Of a DNA stretch of 33,401 nt, positions 16,420 through 23,656 are shown piece by piece. Position 1 is the first letter of the stretch. Every line of letters starts with the position of its first letter. A program made the position numbers and the translations under genes. This DNA comes from Bacillales bacterium UBA1245 (lineage in GTDB: Bacteria > Bacillota_I > Bacilli_A > ML615J-28 > CAG-313): NCBI GenBank assembly GCA_002308275.1, contig DBWF01000006.1, forward strand, positions 1 to 33,401, in the 5' to 3' direction. The notes below the pieces were generated by a model. It had not been told where the DNA came from and made no database searches. It saw only the letters and a program-made list of their open reading frames with translations.

Positions 16420-17886
16420 CTATTCATTAATATTAATAATAAATGGTAATACTGGAATACCAGTAGTAGCTTTTAGGTTTCCTAAATATAATGCTTCATC
16501 TTGAGCATATAGAATTGTATAATCATTACCAGCTTCTAATTGTTCTTCAGTTAAATCAAGGGTTAAATATAAATAGTTACTTGTGATACTGAATTCATAT
16601 TCAATTTCCTCACCTTTACTATCAATAACCATTAAACTCTTGATTTCATCAACCTTTTCAATAACAACACCAGTATTGAAAGAAATTGTAATGTTTTCTT
16701 GATTAGCAACGATATTGACATAAGCAGGAGCAAAATAGTTCTTCTTAGCTCGATATGCATTCTCATAAGTAATATCATAAATCCGGTCAACATAACCATC
16801 ATAATCAAAACTGATTGTTGGATCATTTTCAGGATTTTCTTCATCAGGAGTAATTTCCACTAAATCATAAGTTGGAATAATACCCATATTATTTAATTGA
16901 TATGCACAAGTTGCTTGGGCACTTCTTAAAGCATTTGAATATGCTTTTTGTTCATAGTCTTCTTGAATCGTAAAGAATTCTAAACTATTTTCACTAAAAA
17001 TGGAATCAGAGAAGATTTGGGTAATCAAATAACTATAAGTATAACTTGTTTGTTGATACTCTTCTTCTGTTAAATCTTGGAAATCACTTTGTCCTTGGCT
17101 CCACCAAATACCTTTAAAGGCATGATCCTTTAGTGGTTCTAGGTATGATGAATACATTGAACCTGGTTCATCAGCGTTGATATGATCATTTTCTAATAAT
17201 GTTTCACGGCCAAGTTTAGTTAAATAGTTTAAGATTACTTTATGCTTTGAGGCAACATCACGATTTAACCAAGCATCCGCATGACCACTTAAAAGAGTTG
17301 CATCAACAATTGCGACTGGCACATTAAGTTTTTTCAAGAGCTTATGACCTAAATCAATAGCAAGATTATAAACAAGATTACTTGTTTCGTCACACCATAA
17401 TAAGCCAATATTAGTATTCTTTAAAAACATTAGGCCGCTAGTAGCATCTTCAGCAACTTCTCTTTCAACAGTTGCCATTCTTTCACCCATCAACATCCAT
17501 ACTTCGCCAAACAAGAGGTGTTCGATTTTCTTAGTATGCACCGAATCAGTAATAAGTAAGTGATACTCATTAAAACTAGCTTCAGGAGCAGGCATTGTAA
17601 TTTGATAATTTCCTTTAGCATCAACTATGTCACTTAATTGTTTAACGATATAACCATTTTGGTCATACAGAGTTGCTTTAATTAAAACGCCTTCTTCACT
17701 TTCCCCTTTAATGACAAAGTCTTTTTGTTGTTGAATAATGGCACCATCTTGGTAATATTCATCAATTGTAAAGTCATTGGTTGGTACTTTACCTTCTTTT
17801 TCAGGCTCAGTACGATTGGTAATGTCACAACCAACAAGTAAAGTTAACAATATCATGCATAAAAAGATTAATCCTTTTCTCATCAT
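16420..17886 (-). CDS. Lipoprotein with sialate O-acetylesterase (SASA/DUF303)-like architecture, apparently lacking catalytic residues
   Basis: Signal peptide with lipobox (LLTLLVGCDIT). The N-terminal beta-sandwich is followed by LLFGEVWMLMGERMA, where the family normally has G(D/E)VW..SGQSNM. IWWSQGQSDF aligns with the WYQGES block, and the C-terminal NLKATTGIPVLPF resembles the family end. Homology is from remembered motifs, not a search. Confidence 0.65.
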   Translation of the reverse strand: MMRKGLIFLCMILLTLLVGCDITNRTEPEKEGKVPTNDFTIDEYYQDGAIIQQQKDFVIKGESEEGVLIKATLYDQNGYIVKQLSDIVDAKGNYQITMPAPEASFNEYHLLITDSVHTKKIEHLLFGEVWMLMGERMATVEREVAEDATSGLMFLKNTNIGLLWCDETSNLVYNLAIDLGHKLLKKLNVPVAIVDATLLSGHADAWLNRDVASKHKVILNYLTKLGRETLLENDHINADEPGSMYSSYLEPLKDHAFKGIWWSQGQSDFQDLTEEEYQQTSYTYSYLITQIFSDSIFSENSLEFFTIQEDYEQKAYSNALRSAQATCAYQLNNMGIIPTYDLVEITPDEENPENDPTISFDYDGYVDRIYDITYENAYRAKKNYFAPAYVNIVANQENITISFNTGVVIEKVDEIKSLMVIDSKGEEIEYEFSITSNYLYLTLDLTEEQLEAGNDYTILYAQDEALYLGNLKATTGIPVLPFIININE

Positions 17887-17978
17887 GATCCCTCACTTTC
17901 TTATTTATTATTATACACTAAAAATGTTATTTTTAAAAGCAAAACACAAATAATACCTATATTTTAACCATTTTTAGC

Positions 17979-18004
17979 AAAAAAGCGATGAATAATTTCA
18001 TCAC
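17979..18004 (-). terminator. Rho-independent terminator after trmL
   Basis: On the minus strand the stem GTGATGAA / TTCATCGC (one G-U pair), loop ATTA, is followed by TTTTTTGC. Confidence 0.65.
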
Positions 18005-18009
18005 TTTTA

Positions 18010-18528
18010 CTATTTTAATAAGAAATCCTTACCCTTTAAGGTTTCGGGTTCATATCTAGATAAATCATTATAGTTTTGTTGTCTAAGGGCTTCATAGATA
18101 CAGATTGCGGCGACATTACTGATGTTAAGACTTCTAATTTTATCATTCGTTGGAATTCTGACACAGCGGTCCAAATGTTCTTTTAAGATTTCTTTAGGAA
18201 TACCGGTTGATTCTTTACCAATAATGAAGTAGTATTCTTTCGTATTATCAGATAGTTCCATTGTATCAGGTGTATGAAAGCCATAGCGAGTTAAGAAATA
18301 CATTTCGCCTTGGTTTTTGGACAAAAAATCTGTCCATGACTCATACACATAAAAGTCGACATTTGGTACATAGTTAACTGCACATCTTTTAAGATGAGCA
18401 TCATCTAGTTTAAAGCCGAGTGGTTTAATAAAATGTAAAACAGTATTGGTACCAGCACAACTACGCATAATATTACCTGAATTTTGGGGAATCTCGGGTT
18501 CAAATAAAACAATATGATTTCTAGCCAT
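18010..18528 (-). CDS. trmL: tRNA (cytidine/uridine-2'-O-)-methyltransferase, SpoU/TrmL family
   Basis: IVLFEPEIPQNSGNIMRSCAGTN and the C-terminal knot region (RSLNISNVAAICIYEALRQ) are typical of TrmL/CspR. Start set at ATG 18528..18526, 8 nt after AAGAGGA. Confidence 0.85.
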   Translation of the reverse strand: MARNHIVLFEPEIPQNSGNIMRSCAGTNTVLHFIKPLGFKLDDAHLKRCAVNYVPNVDFYVYESWTDFLSKNQGEMYFLTRYGFHTPDTMELSDNTKEYYFIIGKESTGIPKEILKEHLDRCVRIPTNDKIRSLNISNVAAICIYEALRQQNYNDLSRYEPETLKGKDFLLK

Positions 18529-18609
18529 AATAATCATCCTCTTTTTCTTTTATATTATATCATATTTTATTAGATTCGTCTTATACTTTAGCCCATTTTA
18601 CTACTTAAC

Positions 18610-18638
18610 TTGAATAATTTTGTAAAATCAAGTATAAT
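18610..18638 (+). promoter_or_regulatory. Putative sigma-A promoter of the transporter gene
   Basis: TTGAAT (18610-18615), 17-nt spacer, TATAAT (18633-18638), 33 nt upstream of ATG 18672. Confidence 0.5.
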
Positions 18639-18671
18639 ACTAATGGATGTTTTAAACAGAAAGGATTTATT

Positions 18672-20213
18672 ATGGATATTAGTACAGCGCAAAGTGCGCA
18701 ATTAAAATTTACAAAAGACTATCGTCGTAGAACTTTATGGATTGGTCTTGCCTTCTTTGGAATTCTTTTGGTATGGCAATTATATAATTCCTATTGTTCA
18801 CCAATGCTTTCTTTCTTATTCGCTAAACACGATTATGCAAGTAAAGTTGAAGAAGGTAAAATCTTAGCTGCAGCTCTTGGTGTTAAGCTAGATATGAAGT
18901 TCTTACTTGCTAATAACTTCATTACCGAAGCTGATTACCTATCAATCCAATGGAAAGTAGGTATCGTTATGGCTTTAGATAATATTGCGGCTTTATTCAT
19001 TATGCCAATCTTTGGTAATTTGTCAGATAAGACGCATACTAAAGTTGGTAAACGGATGCCTTATATTATCGTTGGTTCAGTTGTAACAGCAATGGTTCTT
19101 CCTTTGATTCCATTCTTCTTTGCAAGTGGTATGCATTCTGCTGACCGGGCTTTAGTTGGTATGATCGTTGGTATGATTGCAACAATGGTTGTTATCATTA
19201 TCTTTATGATGAGTTATCGTTCACCAGCCGTTGCTTTAATGCCTGATTTAACACCAAAACCACTTCGTAGTAAAGCTAATGGCTTAATCAACATCGTTGG
19301 TTATGTTGGTGGCGCTGTTGGATCAGTATTTGCGATTGTTATCCCAGTTACTAAATACATCGATGGATCTAATACTTCTCTTTGGATGTTAGAAATTCCA
19401 TTTATTGTATGCTCAGTAACCCTACTTGCTTCGCTTGTTTTATTATTCATTAAAGTTAAAGAAAACAAATTACATGAACAACTTGATGAAGAAATTCGTT
19501 TAGGTGATGCTTTAGGTGAATCAGCTGAACAAGTTACTTCTACTGAAAAACTATCAAAAACCAATATTCGTAACCTTGCTTTAATATTAGTTGCCGAAGT
19601 ATTCTGGTTTATGTCACTAAATGCAGTTGAAACATTCCAAACTAACTATGTAATGTTCTGGTTGAACTGTTCTTCTGCTGGTGGTGCTATTATGACTGTT
19701 ATTTCTGGTGCCGCAAGTGTTATTGGTTTCTTAGTTGCAGGTGCTTTAGCTGATAAGATTGGTCGTAAATGGACCATCTTTGCTGGTATTTGCACAGTAA
19801 CTCTATGCTATATCATCTATTCACTAATCCCACAAGTTGAAGTTCCACTTGGTGATTCTAGTAAAGTCTTCACTGCAAGTCTACCATTCATCTTCTTTAT
19901 TTTATTACCAATGGTTGGCTTTGGTTCTTCACTAATTCACATTTGTTCATTCCCACTTGTAACTGACTATTGCACATCTGAAAAATTAGGACGTTTTACA
20001 TCTCTATATTATTCAGCTTCAATGTTAGCTCAATCAATTACTCCAATTTGTATCGGTTTCATTTTCATCAATACATCTTGGCGGGCTCTACCAATTTATT
20101 CAGCAATTCTAATGGCTTTAGCTGGTCTAGTCTTCTTCTTTGTTAAAGCACCACGTGCTAAAGATACAGGCGTTAATGCTAAAGGTTTAGAAGCTCTTGG
20201 TAGTGATGACTAA
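18672..20213 (+). CDS. Major facilitator / glycoside-pentoside-hexuronide (GPH)-like cation symporter
   Basis: 513 aa with about 12 hydrophobic helices. The loop motif GNLSDKTHTKVGKRMPYIIVG resembles the GPH/MFS D-x-x-x-x-G-R-R-P loop. The central hydrophilic loop is long. Confidence 0.8.
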   Translation: MDISTAQSAQLKFTKDYRRRTLWIGLAFFGILLVWQLYNSYCSPMLSFLFAKHDYASKVEEGKILAAALGVKLDMKFLLANNFITEADYLSIQWKVGIVMALDNIAALFIMPIFGNLSDKTHTKVGKRMPYIIVGSVVTAMVLPLIPFFFASGMHSADRALVGMIVGMIATMVVIIIFMMSYRSPAVALMPDLTPKPLRSKANGLINIVGYVGGAVGSVFAIVIPVTKYIDGSNTSLWMLEIPFIVCSVTLLASLVLLFIKVKENKLHEQLDEEIRLGDALGESAEQVTSTEKLSKTNIRNLALILVAEVFWFMSLNAVETFQTNYVMFWLNCSSAGGAIMTVISGAASVIGFLVAGALADKIGRKWTIFAGICTVTLCYIIYSLIPQVEVPLGDSSKVFTASLPFIFFILLPMVGFGSSLIHICSFPLVTDYCTSEKLGRFTSLYYSASMLAQSITPICIGFIFINTSWRALPIYSAILMALAGLVFFFVKAPRAKDTGVNAKGLEALGSDD

Positions 20214-20216
20214 AAC

Positions 20217-20249
20217 AAAAAGTTCTTCCCCAAAGGAAGAACTTTTTTA
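20217..20249. terminator. Bidirectional terminator between the transporter and 5'-nucleotidase genes
   Basis: Stem AGTTCTTCC (20221-20229) / GGAAGAACT (20235-20243), with an A-run before and a T-run after. Confidence 0.8.
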
Positions 20250-21734
20250 TGCTAACCACTTTTCGCCTGTTTTGCCGAGTTCTCTAAGTGCATTAATCAT
20301 AATATCCCGAACTAAACATTGAACAATTTCTATATTATCGCCTTCGTCATAAATAATGGCTTCTCTGTCAAATAGATAATCAACACAAGCTAAGACATAG
20401 GTTTGTTCAGCATCAATGGCTTCACCATTACTAAAGGCGAACGAATTACCACTTTGAACAATGTTACTCGAATATACCGCATCACTAATTTTTAAAATAT
20501 TGATAATTTCAGCACCCGTAAAGGTTGCGGTTTTAACTAAATTATCAAAAGGCATTATTTCATACACTTTTTTAACATCGACATTACTATTTTCACGAAT
20601 TGGAAAAGCTGAATTTCTAATACCACCACTATTAATAACTGCAATGTCGCATGGAATAGCATCAAGAATTGCATCAGCTGTCCAAATAGCAACACTACTT
20701 CTTGAAACATTTCGGCTGGCAACAGCTAATACTTCTGACATGATTGGTTCAATCTCTTTAGCCATCGCAGCAATCTTTGCTTTTAAGGTTTCATCTTCAT
20801 AAATATCTAGGCCACCTAGATCAATATTTTTCATTTGATCATATTCAGCAAATTTATTAAGACTATTATTAAATGTAAAATGGGTTGTTGTAGCATAGCG
20901 ACAAGCCGTACCTGCTTGTGTAACAGGGATTATTTCTCCATTACCATTAGTTAGTGTTCTTGTATATGTTGCATGAGTATGGGAATTAATAATATAGTCT
21001 ACTGCTTCGTCCCCTGCTAATGCCGCAATCCTATTATTAGTTCCATCAAAGGCATCATGACCCATTGCAATAACAAAGTCAGCACCCTTTTGATGTAATT
21101 CTTTAGCATATTTTTGAATTAGTGGAACAGGATCAACAAATTCATAAGCACTAACCTTTGATGCCGCAATATCACTTTCAATGCCTAAGCCCATATAACC
21201 AATAACGCCAACTTGGAATTGTTCATAATCATATAATTGATATGGAATTAGACCAGCCATTAATTCACCAGTTGTTTTTTCCATAACGTTACATGATAAT
21301 AGTGGGAAATTAGCTTCGCCATTGGCAGGGTTACCATCAAAATAAGCAAGTACAGTTTCTATATCCCAGTCAAATTCATGGTTACCTAAAACCATCGCAT
21401 CAAAACCAACATCATTCATTACTTCAATCATATTTCGGCCATAGCTATAATTAGATAGAGCCGTACCTTGGAACATATCACCAGCTGATAAGACTAAAAC
21501 TGCTTGAGTTTCATCTTTTTCTTGCTCTTTAACATACCAAGATAAGCCAGGCATTGCGAAAGTATCATCATTAGCTTCCATTGTGCCATGAACATCGTTA
21601 ATAGCAATAACTTTTAAACTAGTATATGGCTTCTTTTCATGTGTCTCTTGATTCTTATCTTTTCCACAGCCAAACATCAAAAAGACACTTATTGTAATTA
21701 TTAATAATAAAAATACTTTTCTAATTCTTTTCAT
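20247..21734 (-). CDS. Lipoprotein 5'-nucleotidase / metallophosphoesterase
   Basis: Signal peptide with lipobox (VFLMFGCGKD). Calcineurin-like motifs INDVHG, GDMFQG and GNHEFD are followed by a 5'-nucleotidase C-terminal domain. Confidence 0.88.
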   Translation of the reverse strand: MKRIRKVFLLLIITISVFLMFGCGKDKNQETHEKKPYTSLKVIAINDVHGTMEANDDTFAMPGLSWYVKEQEKDETQAVLVLSAGDMFQGTALSNYSYGRNMIEVMNDVGFDAMVLGNHEFDWDIETVLAYFDGNPANGEANFPLLSCNVMEKTTGELMAGLIPYQLYDYEQFQVGVIGYMGLGIESDIAASKVSAYEFVDPVPLIQKYAKELHQKGADFVIAMGHDAFDGTNNRIAALAGDEAVDYIINSHTHATYTRTLTNGNGEIIPVTQAGTACRYATTTHFTFNNSLNKFAEYDQMKNIDLGGLDIYEDETLKAKIAAMAKEIEPIMSEVLAVASRNVSRSSVAIWTADAILDAIPCDIAVINSGGIRNSAFPIRENSNVDVKKVYEIMPFDNLVKTATFTGAEIINILKISDAVYSSNIVQSGNSFAFSNGEAIDAEQTYVLACVDYLFDREAIIYDEGDNIEIVQCLVRDIMINALRELGKTGEKWLA

Positions 21735-21802
21735 ATTTTTTACCTCTTTATAATTCTAACATAAATTTAATGATTTGTAATACGAGATACTAATTATTTC
21801 AC

Positions 21803-21831
21803 TTGAAAAATTAGAGAAAAAAGCGTATAAT
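21803..21831 (+). promoter_or_regulatory. Putative sigma-A promoter of tRNA-Leu
   Basis: TTGAAA (21803-21808), 17-nt spacer, TATAAT (21826-21831). The tRNA begins 11 nt downstream. Confidence 0.6.
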
Positions 21832-21841
21832 AATAATATCT

Positions 21842-21928
21842 GCCGGTGTGGTGAAATGGTAGACGCGCTGGACTCAAAATCCAGTGGGTGATGAGCCCGT
21901 GTCGGTTCGAGTCCGACCACCGGCACCA
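21842..21928 (+). tRNA. tRNA-Leu (anticodon CAA), type II with long variable arm, CCA encoded
   Basis: Folded by hand. Acceptor GCCGGTG / CACCGGC. Anticodon stem CTGGA / TCCAG with loop CTCAAAA (CAA flanked by T33 and A37). Long variable arm TGGGTGATGAGCCCGT. T arm GTCGG-TTCGAGT-CCGAC. Discriminator A, then CCA. Confidence 0.93.
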
Positions 21929-21940
21929 ATTAAGAAGCAT

Positions 21941-21970
21941 AGGTATGATACTCGTGTTCATACCTTTTTT
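21941..21970 (+). terminator. Rho-independent terminator of the tRNA-Leu transcript
   Basis: Stem AGGTATGA (21941-21948) / TCATACCT (21958-21965), followed by a T-run ending at 21970. Confidence 0.75.
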
Positions 21971-22085
21971 CATACTTAAATGGAGGTATAAATCCCAATA
22001 TACCTATGTTAGAAGAACTATATTGATACAAAAATCACTAAATACAGAAGTTTTATAACGTCTTATTGTGTATTTTGATTTTTAA

Positions 22086-22139
22086 TAAAAAACGATAGGT
22101 TGCTATAAAAAAACGATAGTCCTATAAAAAAACGATAGG
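22086..22139 (+). repeat. Three phased direct repeats TAAAAAA(A)CGATAG(G), centre-to-centre 21 and 19 bp, abutting the promoter of the orphan ORF
   Basis: CGATAG starts at 22093, 22114 and 22133, each preceded by an A6-7 tract. The array ends 10 bp upstream of the -35 at 22149. Confidence 0.85.
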
Positions 22140-22148
22140 GTCAATCAA

Positions 22149-22177
22149 TTGTCAAAGCATATGAAAAATGGTAAAAT
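22149..22177 (+). promoter_or_regulatory. Putative sigma-A promoter (extended -10) of the orphan zinc-ribbon ORF
   Basis: TTGTCA (22149-22154), 17-nt spacer, TGGTAAAAT with -10 TAAAAT (22172-22177). It lies 24 nt upstream of ATG 22201. Confidence 0.55.
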
Positions 22178-22200
22178 AATCTTGAAAGACGGTGATAGAT

Positions 22201-22953
22201 ATGTATAAGGTAGCAAAGCTTATTATTTCATCTTATTCAAAAAAAGAGAAGATATCCGCAGATGACATTGATAATTTGTTTTCTATGCTATATAAAAATG
22301 GCCAAATTTTGAATAATTGGATAATTGAAAAGTATAATGACCGTTTTGAAGCAAGAGTCACAACAACAGACGAAGATTCTTTAGATAGTAAGTATTTCAA
22401 TAAGTATATCACAAATCAAATTAAAAAATTTAAAGTGGGAATCGAGATTATAGCGGATGATGCATTGGCTAGCGATTCGTGCCATTGCAAAGAACATAGC
22501 TATTATATTATTTCTGTTTTTCCAAACGATATGACTAGCCCTATAATATGTGGCGATTGCGGTAGAGAAATTCCTTTGATCAGAATACCATATCTCTTCA
22601 ATGAGGAAGAACACTACTCCATATTAACGTTTCAATCAATTTATAATTCGGTTGATAACCTATGGATGAACTCACTGTCTGACAGGTTTTCAAAGCGTCA
22701 GATAATCGATCCAAAATCTCAGCTTAATATTAGAGGCCTTGAAATTCGCGAGGAATTAGAAAAGAAAACACAAAGGCCTGTATATCTTTTGATATCTAAT
22801 CCAATCGGCGGGTATTTCGAATTTAAGAAAAATAATAAAAATCTTGATAGTTGCCCTAATTGCGGAGGAGATTTTAAATTCTTAAAAAACGGCTTTGTTG
22901 ATAAAGTTTGCGATAAGTGCAGAATGGCATTTATTACTCATGAAGAAAAGTAA
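22201..22953 (+). CDS. Orphan 250-aa protein with two four-Cys zinc-ribbon/knuckle sites; function unknown (possibly DUF2310/COG3529-like, from memory only)
   Basis: It is the only long ORF in the islet. Cys pairs are CHC (codons at 22480, 22486) with CGDC (22549, 22558), and CPNC (22852, 22861) with CDKC (22909, 22918). ATG 22201 is preferred over the track's GTG 22192 because GGTGA lies 5 nt upstream. It has its own promoter and upstream repeats. Confidence 0.75.
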   Translation: MYKVAKLIISSYSKKEKISADDIDNLFSMLYKNGQILNNWIIEKYNDRFEARVTTTDEDSLDSKYFNKYITNQIKKFKVGIEIIADDALASDSCHCKEHSYYIISVFPNDMTSPIICGDCGREIPLIRIPYLFNEEEHYSILTFQSIYNSVDNLWMNSLSDRFSKRQIIDPKSQLNIRGLEIREELEKKTQRPVYLLISNPIGGYFEFKKNNKNLDSCPNCGGDFKFLKNGFVDKVCDKCRMAFITHEEK

Positions 22954-23068
22954 ATTTTATGGAACAAGTTAACAGAAACAATGATTTCTTTCAAACGACA
23001 GGCCTTTTGAAAGCAATGAGACCAATCCGTTAATAATGCGTATTAAAAGTGTAAAAGGAGTGGTATAG

Positions 23069-23451
23069 ATGATTGATAATTATTTGAATATATTGGAATC
23101 ATTTTTGGATAATTCAAAGGCAAAAAGAATCATCTATGAGTTATCTAGCAGTAAAAAAGAATGATGCTTTTTGCAAATTCACAAATTTTGATGTTTCATT
23201 TAAGAGCACATTACGAAGAATTGAATTAACACATTTGCGAGATTCAGAAGCGATAACCGAAATAAAAAAATAACTAAGATTAAAGAATGTTTTAATCTTA
23301 AAAAAATCAAATTGAAGATTTTGAGTCGGCTTATATCGATTCGGTTAATTCTTATATGTGTAATGTTTTGGTTGTCGACGCTAACATAGTCATTTATATA
23401 GGTGAATGTTATTTTGGGGCTTCCGATAAATACATCCTTTTATTAAAATAA
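23069..23451 (+). pseudogene. Frameshifted remnants of one or more small genes (three protein-like reading segments in three frames)
   Basis: Segment 1 (23069-23164) has the RBS AAAGGAG and reads MIDNYLNILESFLDNSKAKRIIYELSSSKKE, stopping right after an A6 run. Dropping one A joins it to segment 2 (23163-23273: DAFCKFTNFDVSFKSTLRRIELTHLRDSEAITEIKK). Segment 3 (23308-23451) reads QIEDFESAYIDSVNSYMCNVLVVDANIVIYIGECYFGASDKYILLLK and has no start codon. Confidence 0.4.
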
Positions 23452-23482
23452 GCCTTTATATTAACTTTAATCTTAGTTCAAA

Positions 23483-23533
23483 GGGTGTTCAAATCACTCT
23501 AGGGGTGTTCACTTTTTGAGGTGGGGATGTTTA
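23483..23533 (+). repeat. Three direct repeats GGGTGTTCA / GGGTGTTCA / GGGaTGTTtA spaced 20 and about 21-22 bp
   Basis: Exact 9-mers at 23483-23491 and 23503-23511, and a degenerate third copy at 23524-23533. They lie between the gene debris and the terminator at 23576. Confidence 0.7.
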
Positions 23534-23575
23534 ACCTTGTATTAAAATGGTTCATCTTTGCCATTTTGTATTATT

Positions 23576-23603
23576 CTCTTTTGTTATTCAAAAGAGTTTT
23601 TTT
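23576..23603 (+). terminator. Rho-independent terminator closing the islet, upstream of the pepT promoter
   Basis: Stem CTCTTTT (23576-23582) / AAAAGAG (23590-23596), loop GTTATTC, then T7 (23597-23603). Confidence 0.65.
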
Positions 23604-23604
23604 A

Positions 23605-23633
23605 TTATCTAAGTCGCACTTATGTGTTATAAT
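23605..23633 (+). promoter_or_regulatory. Putative pepT promoter with extended -10
   Basis: TGTTATAAT (23625-23633) is a TGnTATAAT extended -10, 23 nt upstream of ATG 23657. The -35 is weak (TTATCT, 23605-23610). Confidence 0.45.
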
Positions 23634-23656
23634 AAATACATAGCAAAGGAGTAAAT

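Noticed and set aside
22086-22139. Possibility that the triple repeat is a miniature CRISPR array.
   Set aside because: There are only three units of about 13-14 bp, separated by 6-7 bp of spacer. No cas genes or leader are present, and the units are A-tract rich. That is inconsistent with CRISPR geometry.
22959-23033. 24-codon ORF (MEQVNRNNDFFQTTGLLKAMRPIR) and an 8-bp hairpin (22988-22995 / 23006-23013) just after the orphan ORF.
   Set aside because: The ORF has no convincing RBS and is very short. The hairpin has a 10-nt loop and no trailing T-run, so it is neither a confident terminator nor a gene.
23527-23643. 38-aa hydrophobic ORF (MFNLVLKWFIFAILYYSLLLFKRVFLLSKSHLCVIINT) preceded by GAGGTGG. 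It looks like a type I toxin.
   Set aside because: The frame reads straight through the terminator hairpin (23576-23603) and the pepT promoter. The RBS-to-ATG spacing is very short. T-rich DNA readily yields hydrophobic pseudo-peptides. It is mentioned only in case transcript data show otherwise.
21842-23656. Calling the tRNA-adjacent islet a bona fide integrative mobile element.
   Set aside because: There is no integrase, recombinase or transposase ORF. By eye I found no direct repeat of the tRNA 3' end at the distal boundary. It is therefore reported as an islet and a finding, not as a mobile_element feature.
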